Assembly: GCA_951406725.2 (NCBI GenBank)
Contig: OX597841.1
Coordinates: 20,584,001-20,648,000, forward strand
Direction: 5' to 3'
From: Octopus vulgaris
Lineage: Eukaryota
DNA: 64,000 nucleotides
Both the position numbers and the translations under genes were made by a program. Positions 14,386-26,171 of this stretch are shown here, in pieces. The first letter of the stretch is position 1, and every line of letters starts with the position of its first letter. Below the pieces are notes generated by a model that searched no databases, was not told the origin of the DNA, and saw only the letters and a list, made by a program, of their open reading frames with translations.

Positions 14386-14533
14386 TATGTATGTATACAT
14401 ATATATACATGTATGTATATATATATATGTATATATCTATATATAAATGTATATATCTATATGTATGTATCTATATGTATGTAACTATATGTATGTATAT
14501 ATATATATGTATATATATATATATGTATGTAAC

Positions 14534-14566
<33 letters not shown>

Positions 14567-15169
14567 GTATATATATATACACATACACAGGCACACACAC
14601 ACATATATATGTGTGTTCACACATACACACGCATACATATACACACACACATACATCCATGAGAACAATGACACATTATGAACACCATACCTATGTACTT
14701 CTAACGTTCTTTTTGACAACTCGGATTCTAAAAAAAGGAATTTATTGTCTTTCTGCATGAAACAATCGTACAGCTCCATGACTAAAATCAAATCTCATGT
14801 ATCATCACATTTATTCTCCTCCATTCACAAAACATACGACTGGGTTTGCTGAGAGTTGTTTCCTCACTTCAATCAGAATTCCTGATACAATTATTGAACT
14901 TTTCATCTCTGCACTAATTGACATCAGTCAAGGAGGAAGAAACAACGTTAGAAATCTTTTGGAAACCACTCCAATGCAAGGACGAATTCACAGTGAACCC
15001 CTTTAAGAAATATAGATATATACTTAAACATATCAAAGGGAAATGGAAAATTGATTAAAATTTTCACCTCTAGTGGCCTAACATGTAAAAATTTAGGTTA
15101 TAGAACCTAGCTGTCCTTTGTAACGTGTTGAATTGCAAGAGGGGATTCCTTATGTGTTGAAATGTACAC

Positions 15170-15205
<36 letters not shown>

Positions 15206-17027
15206 TCCATATGTATGTGTATATGTGTATATACACACACACATACATATCTACATATATTTATATATGGATACATATATATATATATATATGTATACAC
15301 ATACACACATATCCACATATAATTATATATACACATACATGCATATCCACATATATATTTTTATATAGATTTATATATACATGTATATATACATATATGT
15401 ATATAAATATATGTACATATACACATACATATACATATATATATATATGTATATATAAATATATGTATATATATGTGTATATATAAATATATGTATATAT
15501 ATGTGTATATATAAATACATGTATATATACATATATACATGCACACACACATATACATATGCACATATACATATATACATGTATACATACACACATATAT
15601 GTATATATACACATACATATGTATATATACACACACATGTATATATACACATATATGCATATATACATATATATGCATATATACACATATATGCATATAT
15701 ACATAAACATACGTACATATACACATACATATGTATACATACACACATATATGTATACATGTATATATAAACATATACATATGTATATACACATATACAC
15801 ATGTATATACACATGTATATATATATATGTATACATATATGTATATATATATATGTATATATATATATATACATATACACATATATACATATACACATAT
15901 ATATACTTATATATACATACATATGTATATATAAATATATGTATACATACACATATATATACATATATATATACATGTATATATATATATATATGTATAT
16001 ATAAATATATGTACATATACGTGTATATATAAATATACGTATATATACATATACATATGCATATACACACACACACACGCATACACACATACACACATAT
16101 ATATATGTACATACACACATATACACGTATATATACATATATATATGTATATATACATACACATATGTATATATACATATACATGTATATATACATAAAT
16201 ACATGCACATATACACATATATATGCACATATACACATATATATGTATGTATATATACACATATATATGTATATATACATATATACGTATATATAAATAT
16301 GTATATATACATATATATATGTATACATATATATGTATACATATATATGTATATATGTATGTATATATATATGTATGTATATATATATGTATATACATAT
16401 GTATACATATATATGTATATATATACATATGTATACATATATATATGTATATATATATGTATATATATATATATATATGTATGTATATGTACATATATAT
16501 GTATATATATATACATATGTATATATAAATATATGTACATATATATATGTATACATAAATATGTATACACATACATGTATATATATACATATGTATATAT
16601 AAATATATGTATATATACATATGTATACATATACATATATGTATATACATATATATGTATACATAAATATATGTATATATATATACGTATACATATGTAT
16701 ATATATGTATACATATGTATATGTACGTATACATATGTATATGTAATGTATATATATATGTATACATGTATATACATATGTATATGTATATACATGTATA
16801 CATATGTATATATACATATATATATGTACATATATATACACATATGTACACATACACGTACATACACATATACATATATATGTATATATATATAAATATA
16901 TATCTATATACATGTACATATATATATATATACATGTATATATATATACATATGCACATACATATAAATATATATACATATACATGTATATATATATAAA
17001 TATATACATATATATATGTACATATAC

Positions 17028-17078
<51 letters not shown>

Positions 17079-17569
17079 AATATATGTATACATAAATGTA
17101 TATATATATGTATATACATATGTATATATAAATAAATATATGTATATATACATATGTATATACATATGTATATATACATGTATGTATACATATATGTATA
17201 TATATATATATGTATATATATATGTATGTATATATATATGTATATATATATATGTATATATATATGTATATATATATATATGTATATATACATGTATATA
17301 TAAATATATGTATATGTATATATATATGTATATATATATATATGTATATATATATGTATATATAAATATATGTATATGTATATATATATGTATATATACA
17401 TATATGTATACATATATGTATATATAAATATATGTATATGTATATATATATGTATATATACATATATGTATATATATATGTATATACATATATATGTATA
17501 CATATATGTATATATAAATATATATATAAATATATGTATATATATATATATATACATATATATGTATAC

Positions 17570-17600
<31 letters not shown>

Positions 17601-17761
17601 AATATATGTATATACATATGTATATATAAATATATATATAAATATATGTATATATATATGTATATATAAATATATGTATATATATATATGTATATATATA
17701 TGTAAATATAAATATATATATAAATATATGTACATATATATATATGTATACATATATGTAA

Positions 17762-17797
<36 letters not shown>

Positions 17798-17802
<5 letters not shown>

Positions 17803-18466
17803 TTCATGGGTACAGGACGTCACCAATAGTAAACCTCATGAAATACAAAAACAAATGAATTAAATATGCAAATAATGAGAGAAAAAATGGAAAGCAAGAC
17901 AAGTGATAGAAAGAATGACACGTCATCAGTTGTTGGCTGTCTTTCTTCTTCCCATTTCACGCAGTCAATTAGAGAAGGATGGTGGAGAAAACAAATTCTT
18001 TTTCTCCCCTTCACCGTTTTCTATCTGTTTCTCTCTCCTCACTTTTACTCTCCTTCGTTGCTCTCACGTGACCATCGTCCATCTTTGTTTCCCTGCAGGA
18101 CTGAACATCTATCTCTCTCTTCTATCTTTTCTCTTCTCAAAGAAAATATTTCTCCAGTGTTCACTATTTTACCCACGTTCTGGTCTAGCAACCCTCCATG
18201 TTTGGTTTCCTTGTATGTCACCACTGTCCATCCTGCTTTTGTTCCCAACTTTGACCCATAATCCAAAAATTTATTTTGGTATTTTGAAAACTCATTTCAA
18301 TGCTCGAAATGACGAGTAGATAGAAAGCCAAAAATTGATGAAGGGTCGTTCAGTGTATTATTTGACCCGTTTTCCATTTTGTCTCTTGTTGTTTTCGTAT
18401 TTAACTCATTCGTTTCCATATTTTATGTTGCTTACTGTTGGTGACATCCTGTACTCATATATGCAT
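17798..18466. mobile_element. About 670-bp element with ~165-bp diverged inverted ends, flanked by (TA)n
   Basis: atgcattcatgggtacaggacgtcaccaatagtaa... pairs with ...ttactgttggtgacatcctgtactcatatatgcat; a related copy lies at 23700-24081. Confidence 0.75.
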
Positions 18467-18479
18467 ATATACATACAGT

Positions 18480-18607
18480 ACTGCCACGTTATGTTGGCAA
18501 ACAATCTTTACTACATACATATATATATATATATGTATATATATATATGTGTGTGTGTGTGTGTATATATATGTAGTAAAGACTGTTTGCCAACATAACG
18601 TGGCAGT
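18480..18607. repeat. About 38-bp inverted repeat around a TA/TG microsatellite
   Basis: actgccacgttatgttggcaaacaatctttactacat and atgtagtaaagactgtttgccaacataacgtggcagt. Confidence 0.9.
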
Positions 18608-18649
18608 CCTGATAGAGGATGAATGTTGCAGTAGTTTAGCCTCAGGAGA

Positions 18650-20892
18650 CATCTGATCTCCAAGGGCGAAGCGGAAAAGAAGTTTGCCAATGTCCAGCAA
18701 CACGAGGACCAAAGAACTGAGGTATTTCGTATTGCTAGACAGTGTGTGAGAGAAAATAGTGATATCACAGGAGAGAAATGTGTCCGCATGGATGATGGTG
18801 CACTTGCTTTCAATGTTGGTGAAAAGAAAGAGGCTTGGAGAAGCCATTATAAAAGACTACTGAACGTGGAGATTGAAGGGGAGGAGGAGAGCCTGCCAAA
18901 TGTTGACCCAGTAGAGGGACCAGCTGTCCTAATAGACAGATCTCTAGTAGTTAAGGCAATTAAGGGTTTGAAACCAGGAAAAGCCCCTGGCCCATCAGGA
19001 ATCAATGCTGAGATGCTTAAAACATCTGGTGGTGTGGGCAACAGCCTAGTCACCTGCATTGTAAACCAGGTAGTTCATAATGGAGTCATACGTAGCAGCA
19101 CCATAGTCAACTGCTACAAGGGTAAAGGTGATGCTCTAGATAGAAATAACTACAGGGGTATCAAACTGCTGGATCAGGTGATGAAGGTTACAGAGAGGGT
19201 CATAGCCCATCTCATTAGGGAGAGAGTCTACTTAGATGAGATGCAGTTCGGTTTTGTGCCGGGTAGAAGCACCACTGATGCCATATTCCTGGGTCGACAA
19301 CTGCAGGAGAAATACCTAGCTAAATATAAACCCCTCTACATAGCCTTCGTGGACTTGGAGAAAGCCTTTGACAGGGTCCCCCGATCCCTTATCTGGTGGT
19401 CGATGCAGAAACTGGAGATTGATGAATGGTTAATAAGGGCTGTACAGGCCCTATACAGAGAGGCTGTCAGCAAGGTTAGGATTGGCAATGAGTATAGTGA
19501 AGAATTCTGGGTAGAAGTAGGTGTACACCAAGGTTCAGCCCTCAGTCCCCTTTTATTCATCATAGTCCTCCAGGCAATAACAGAGGAATTCAAAACAGGT
19601 TGCCCCTGGGAGCTCCTCTATGCTGATGACCTGGCTCTCATAGTAAAATCACTACCAGAACTAGAAAAGAAATTTCTGGTGTGGAAGCAAGGGTTAGAAT
19701 CAAAGGGCCTTAGAGTAAATGTAGCAAAGACCAAAGTTCTAGTAAGTAGGAAGGCGAACTCACCACCCACCCCTTCAAGTAGGTGGCCCTGCTCGATCTG
19801 TAGAAAAGGTGTAGGTAGAAACTCCATAAAATGTACCCAGTGTAAGTTATGGACACATAAGAGGTGCAGCACCATCAAAGGAAAATTAACTGATAAGATA
19901 GCTTTCATGTGCGGCAGATGCACAGGGACAATAGACACCACAGATACTCAGAAAACAGATTCCATCACACTCCAGGGGGAAGAAACTAGAAGTAGTTGAT
20001 AGTTTCCGCTACCTAGGGTGACCAAGTTAGTAGTGGGGGTGGATGCTCAGAGAGTGTCACCACTAGAATAAGAATAGCCTGGGCAAAGTTTAGAAAGCTC
20101 CTACCCCTACTGGTGACAAAGGGTCTCTCGCTCAGAGTGAAAGGTAGATTGTACAATGCATGTGTGTGTACTGCCAAGCTTCAAGCAGTGAAACATGGGC
20201 TGTGACTGCGGAGGACATGTGTAGGCTTGAAAGAAATGAAGCTAGCATGATCTGCTGGATGCATAATATCAGTGTGCACACACAATAGAGTGTAAGCACC
20301 CTTAGAGAAATGCTGGACATAAGAAGCATCAGATGTGGTGTGCAAGAGAGATGTCTGTGCTGGTATGGTCATGTACTACGGATGGTTGAGGAGAGATGTG
20401 TGAAGAAGTGCCACTCCCAAACAGTTGAAAGAATCTGGGGTAGAGGTAGACCCAGAAAGACATGGGATGAGGTGGTCAAGCATGACCTTCGAACATTGGG
20501 CCTCGCAGAGGCAATGACGAAAGACCGAGACCTCTGGAGATATGCTGTGACTGCAAAGACCCGACAAATAACACGAGTTCATGGCTATTTCGTGCACCAG
20601 CTTCACATAGCAGCCCCAGCCCATCCAAAGTACCTTGGATTGCAGAACGGCCTGCTGTGTTTACCTTGGATCGTAGGGCAACCTGCTGTGCTTGAGGAAA
20701 CCTATTGAGTCAAGTACATCAAAATCAAAATCAAATGGAAATTGTAGTTGTGATACACGTGCCGGTGACATGTGCCACCGAAACACTGCCAGATCAGACT
20801 GGAGCCTGGTGCAGCCTCCTGGCTTCCCAGACCCCAGTCAAACCGTCTAACCCATGCTAGCATGGAAAACGGACGTTAAACGATGATGATGA
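18650..20892 (+). mobile_element. 5'-truncated RTE LINE family A (RT, PHD finger, 3' UTR with (GAT)n tail)
   Basis: ORF 18746..19999: KAPGPSGI, NNYRGIKLL, QFGFVPGRSTTDAIF, FVDLEKAFDRVP, GVHQGSALSPLLF, LLYADD; frameshifted C-terminus. Confidence 0.95.
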
Positions 20893-20908
20893 TATATATA
20901 TATATATA

Positions 20909-21317
20909 GGCGCGGGAGTGGCTGTGTGGTAAGTAGCTTGCTAACCAGCCACATGGTTCCGGGTTCAGTCCCACTGCGTGACATCTTGGGCAAGTGTCTT
21001 CTGCTATAGCCCCGGGCTGACCAATGCCTTGTGAGTGGATTTGGTAGACGGAAACTGAAAGAAGCCTGTCGTATATATGTATATACATATGTATGTGTAT
21101 GTCTATTTGTGTGTTTGTGTTTGTCCCCCTAGCATTGCTTGACAACCGATGCTGGTGTGTTAACGTCCCCGTCACTTAGCGGTTTGGCAAAAGAGACCGA
21201 TAGAATAAGTACTGGGCTTACAAAGAATAAGTCCCGGGGTCGATTTGCTCGACTAAAGGCGGTGTTCCAGCATGGCCGCAGTCAAATGACTGAAACAAAT
21301 AAAAGAGTAAAAAGAGT
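20909..21317 (+). mobile_element. Full-length tRNA-derived SINE (family 1)
   Basis: A-box tggctgtgtgg, B-box ggttcagtccc, internal TA/TG microsatellite, tail gcatggccgcagtcaaatgactgaaac-(aaaagagt)n; many copies in the window. Confidence 0.9.
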
Positions 21318-21411
21318 ATATACATACATAATATATACATATACATATATAATATATATACATAAATAATATATATATATATATATATATACATAAATAA
21401 TATATATATAT

Positions 21412-21447
<36 letters not shown>

Positions 21448-21489
21448 ACATAATATATATATATACATATATAAATACATAATATATAT

Positions 21490-21523
<34 letters not shown>

Positions 21524-21612
21524 CATAATATATATATATATACATAATATATATATATATATAAATACATAATATATATATATATAAATACATAATATAT
21601 ATATATAAATAC

Positions 21613-21662
<50 letters not shown>

Positions 21663-21951
21663 TTCAGCACCAGTTAAGATTCAAATGAATATGGAACTTA
21701 ATTTAGATGCACCAGAATTTTGTATGGTGCTATCCATAAAAATTTTCGAGGTGATTAAAATCAAAAATAAGCAACAAGAATGACTCCGGTAATTTGGTAC
21801 AATTGTTTCGCACTACAACATTTTATTAAAAGCTGTAAATATTACAGCAGATTTAAGATGTTGAGTGCTCTTCAGCCAAAAATATAGGTTTTCCAATAAT
21901 ACAAAACCTTTTAAATCAAGCAGTAACATTTTAGAGAAGGTAGATATACAG

Positions 21952-22017
<66 letters not shown>

Positions 22018-22268
22018 TATATATATATCATATACATGTATATATACATATATATGTATATATACATATACATATATATGTATATATATATATATATATA
22101 TACATATATGTATATATACATATATATACATATATATATATACATATATATGTATATATATACATATACATATATATGTATATATATATATACATATATA
22201 TGTATATATACATATACATATATATGTATATATACATATACATATATATGTATATATACATATACATA

Positions 22269-22345
<77 letters not shown>
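21318..22345. repeat. (TA)n-rich microsatellites (21318-21660 and 21955-22345)
   Basis: Direct reading. Confidence 0.95.
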
Positions 22346-22350
<5 letters not shown>

Positions 22351-22404
22351 CTCTCTCTTTTGGAGAGGCACAAGCACCTACACGCACATATACACACACG
22401 GCAG

Positions 22405-22548
22405 TAACTTCCGCCTGCCGAATTCAATCACAAAGCTTCGGTCAGCTCGGGGCTATAGCGGAAGACACCTACCAAAAGTGCCACACAGTGGGACTGAACC
22501 CGAAACCATGTAGCTAGGAAGCAAGCTCCCTAACCACACAGCCACGCC

Positions 22549-22549
<1 letters not shown>
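22405..22549 (-). mobile_element. SINE family 1, 5' part
   Basis: Reverse complement of 20909-21060. Confidence 0.85.
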
Positions 22550-22601
<52 letters not shown>

Positions 22602-22949
22602 TATATGCATATAAAGATATCCACATATATGTATATGTACATATATATACATATAGATATATATATACATACACACATAGACATCAAATAAAACCTCCTT
22701 CCCTTAGATGCTTACCATGCAGTAACCACATCTGGGCACAAGGAAAATTCTCAATAAAATAAATGATGAAAGTAAACTCCTTCCAATGAAGAATATTTTA
22801 TTAGGGTTCTGAATCTGAAACTAAACCAGATGTAATCAACAACTTTACCAACAATATACACAATGGCCCCTAACATGTGCTTGGGAATATTGCGAGCTGA
22901 ACGCCTTTTGCACATTTATTAAAGCCTACACACAATTTGTGAAACTGCT

Positions 22950-22987
<38 letters not shown>

Positions 22988-23094
22988 CACACACGCGTGG
23001 GTGTACATACACACACACATATATATTTAGTTAATTAATAAAACAAATATCAGAAAAGAAGCACATTCTAAAGAATAGTGCAGTAATTATTACA

Positions 23095-23262
23095 ACAAAA
23101 TTTTAAGTTTTGGACATAGAGTAACCAAAGGTTTTGTATCCACAAAGCCAAAGCCTTGTGGACAGCTTTTCAGACAAAACAGTCTGATGAGTTGTCCACA
23201 AGGCTTTGGCTTTGTGGATACAAAACCTTTGGTCACTCTATGTCCAAAACTTAAATTTTTGT
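23095..23262. repeat. About 81-bp-arm near-perfect palindrome (6-nt loop) made of two head-to-head hammerhead motifs
   Basis: Arms 23095-23175 and 23182-23262 are reverse complements with few mismatches. Confidence 0.92.
23181..23237 (+). ncRNA. Type-I hammerhead ribozyme motif with a G12>A substitution
   Basis: AGT-CTGATGA-[gttgtccacaaggc tttg gctttgtggatac]-AAAA-CC-TTT-GG-TC-ACT: stems I, II and III all pair, GTC cleavage triplet. Confidence 0.7.
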
Positions 23263-23323
23263 CCTAAGATGTATGTAGAAGGTTGGAAAGGAACACATGA
23301 GTTGATATGTTAAAGGAAAATAA

Positions 23324-23594
23324 GACAAGGTAGAAAATGCTAAAATAATTTTTTCATGAAGAACATTTTAGTACCAGTTTCAGTCTTTGAGGTTTTTTCA
23401 ACAGAGTAAAGCATGAAAAAGAATTAAATTGTGAGAAAATTAAATGAAATATTTTTTTGAAATATTTCCATATTTAAAAAAACCATTTCATTTAACTGTT
23501 TTTCATGTTTTTCTCTAAGTTGAAAACGTCACAGAGACTGAAACCAGTACTAAAATGTTCTTCATGAAAAAAATATTTTAGCATTTTCTACCTT

Positions 23595-23597
<3 letters not shown>
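23324..23597. repeat. About 130-bp-arm inverted repeat ending at (TA)n
   Basis: gacaaggtagaaaatgctaaaat...gtaccagtttcagtc and gactgaaaccagtac...ttttagcattttctaccttgtc. Confidence 0.85.
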
Positions 23598-23633
<36 letters not shown>

Positions 23634-23699
23634 ATATATATAGATAATATAAATAAGATATATATATTATAAATAATATATAGATAGATAGGTAGATAA

Positions 23700-24081
23700 A
23701 TATATGGGTACAGGACATCACTAACAGTAAACAACACGAAATATGAAAACAACTAAGAAATATTTTCTCCAGCATTCACTATTTTACTCTCATTCTTGTC
23801 CAACGACCCTCACTGTTTTCGTTCGGTTTCTATCTATATCTCCACAGTCCTGCTTTTGTTCCCAACCTTGACCCTCCATAAATCCCAAATTTTATTTTGG
23901 TACTTATGGGAGCAACTGTCTTCGAAAACTCATATTGTCATTCAACGCTTGAAATGAGGAGTAGATAGACAGCTGACAATTGATGAAGGGTCGTTGTTTG
24001 AGTTACTTGCCCTGTTTTCGATTTGTTTTTCTCATTGTTTCCATACTGAACTCATTTAGTTTCATATTTCACATTGTTTAC
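23700..24081. mobile_element. Second, deleted copy of the 17798-18466 element
   Basis: atatgggtacaggacatcactaacagtaaac...aagaaaNtattt(t)ctccag...cctgcttttgttcccaac...ttgatgaagggtcgtt shared. Confidence 0.75.
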
Positions 24082-24082
24082 G

Positions 24083-24428
24083 CTGCCGGGTCATAGTGCT
24101 AGTGCATGCATATACAGCTGCGTGCGTGCGCACATACACGCGAGTACTGTCTAAATCTCCAACCAATCACATACAGCTAGCTGGCTTTCAATTGGCATAT
24201 CAAGTTTCGGGCATTTTGATTCGGTTTTGGATAGAAAATTCACAAAAAAGTCACTTCTATTGATTTTTTAATGGCTTTGTGGGGTTACTGGGGAAATGTA
24301 AAGATGTGCACGACCATCCTTGGACAGTTTTGAATGACCATAAAAAGAGTGAATCCTCTAAGTGAAAAATTGTGGATTTGTATAAAGGACACACACACAC
24401 AGACATTTGCCGTTCATATATACAGAGA
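24083..24428 (-). mobile_element. Non-autonomous Helitron-type fragment(s)
   Basis: Minus strand starts TCTCTGTATATATGAACGGCAAATGTCTGTGTGTG (TC start plus subterminal microsatellite); ccgggtcatagtgCTAGt at about 24085-24103 resembles a Helitron 3' end. Confidence 0.55.
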
Positions 24429-24629
24429 TATATAATTATAGAATATTTTGTATTATTTACCTAAAAAAGGTTTTTTTAACATACTGACTACTTGGTAAAA
24501 TTATTAATTAATTAATTTTACCCTATATTATTATTATATACAGATATATACATAAATATATTATTTATATTATTATTTGACTGAACACCATGCATCCATT
24601 TCCAAGTGCGTTTATATATACATAAATAA

Positions 24630-24886
24630 ATAAATAAATGCACCCTTTTAAAGCCCAGCCAGGCTCATGGGCCCGGTTTCCCAGTTTCTATGGCGTATGT
24701 GTTCTCCAGCTGGACGGGACCCCAGTCAATTGCAGCGTTACTCATTTTTGCCAGCTGAGTGAACTGGAGCAATGTGAAATGAAGTGTTTTGCTCAAGAAC
24801 ACAATGTGTCGCCCAGTCCAGGAATCAAAACCACAATCTTATGATCATGATGCTGACACCCTAACCACTAAGCCACACGCCCTCAC
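24630..24886 (-). mobile_element. tRNA-derived SINE (family 2)
   Basis: Head gtgagggcgtgtggcttagtggttagggtgtcagc...gtggttttgattcc; tail aaagggtgca(ttta)n shared with 44529-44826. Confidence 0.85.
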
Positions 24887-24893
24887 ATATATA

Positions 24894-25044
24894 TCATCAT
24901 CATCATCATCATCGTTTAACGTCCGCTCTCCATGCTAGCAGGGATTGGACGGTTCGACCGGGGAACTGGGAAGCCAGAAGGCTGCACCAGGCTCCAGTCT
25001 GATCTGGCAGTGTTTCTACAGCTGGATGCCCTTCCTAATGCCAA
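24894..25044 (-). mobile_element. RTE family A 3' UTR fragment
   Basis: (cat)n-cgtttaacgtccgc...ggatgcccttcctaatgcc. Confidence 0.9.
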
Positions 25045-25380
25045 TAAAATTTTTTTTTTTCTTTTACTGTTTGAGAGAAGATAAGATTTTATTTACAAGG
25101 TGTTAAGGTTAGAGGTTTGTGAGTGCTAGCAAGTGTGTGTGTGTGTGCATGCAACAAGTGTTTGTGTGTGTGTGCTCGTGTGTGTGACAGATACAAATGA
25201 GGGTGAATGCGTGTGACACAGAAAGTACAGAGCATAGAGTTAATGATGGAAATTGGTTTACAGTTCATAAGGTACACGATATGTAAGAGTTCCATATGAA
25301 GATGTGTCTCGGGCGGAGACCGGTTGGGCGAATATTGTCGAGGCGCGGTTGTTGTCTCAATCGCCGAGCTGGTTCTCCTT

Positions 25381-25584
25381 ATATTTGGTCATCCCATAAA
25401 TAATGCGGTTTTTTTTCAATTGCATGAACTAAAAGTTGGAAGGGTACAGGATATACTATCTGTATCAACTTGCTACAAAAGCAGGTAGTAATGGAGTAAT
25501 TTTATCTTATCCTTATTCTTAGTGCAAGTTTTGAAGAGTGCAGTTCGATTTTAACAGTTATTTTTTCCAAGCTATAATGGAAGT
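25381..25584 (+). mobile_element. Mariner 5' TIR and leader fragment
   Basis: tatttggtcatcccataa is complementary to the 3' TIR at 9762-9779. Confidence 0.6.
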
Positions 25585-25823
25585 ATCTCATTATGCCCAT
25601 ATTAGTCAGATGTATTGAGGTAATATGCAGTTAAAAATAAGTTACTTATATATATATCTCAAGGCCTCGTCAGAGATTATAAAGTACAATTATAAAGATA
25701 TAAAAGGAAGATATAAAATGCAAATATGAATATTAAAGAAGGTACACTTATACAAGAATATGCATATATACATATACATATAAGTGTATATAATTGTACT
25801 TTATAATCTCTGACGAGGCCTTG

Positions 25824-25865
<42 letters not shown>

Positions 25866-26140
25866 CTCATTTTTAACTGCATATTACCTCAATATATCTG
25901 ACTAATAGGGCATAATGAGATACTCTTATCTACAGGCTGAAACAGCTGTAAGATCCATTTTATATGTATTATCCTTATGGTATTATCTTACTTATTGATG
26001 TATATTGTTTTATTCTGTATTTTTCTGTTGGATTTGGATGTTCCTATTTAATATAAATTATTAGTTAATAAATTATATGAATTGGTATCATCTGGAAGTT
26101 GATGATTGATAGAAATCTATTCCTCCATTTTCTTATTTTG
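25583..26140 (+). mobile_element. PLE-type terminal repeat with inverted partial copy (25583-25694 vs 25789-25923)
   Basis: Inverted duplication, hammerhead motif, and 3' end abutting (TA)n. Confidence 0.65.
25806..25954 (+). ncRNA. Type-I hammerhead motif with ~112-nt loop II
   Basis: ATCT-CTGACGA-GGCCT-[~112 nt incl. (TA)n]-AGGCT-GAAA-CAGCTG-TA-AGAT. Confidence 0.65.

Positions 26141-26171
<31 letters not shown>

Larger units (their letters stand above)
11586..17797. repeat. About 6-kb compound (TA)n/(TACA)n/(TATG)n microsatellite field with embedded element fragments
   Basis: Direct reading; interrupted at about 11650-11840, 12128-12323, 13126-13325 and 14660-15165. Confidence 0.97.

Noticed and set aside
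11791-17826. Dozens of long ORFs (up to 848 aa) rich in Y/I/H/T/C/V/M, also at 21.2-22.5 kb and 62.7-63.2 kb
   Set aside because: Translations of TA/CA/TG microsatellites, which lack stop codons by composition
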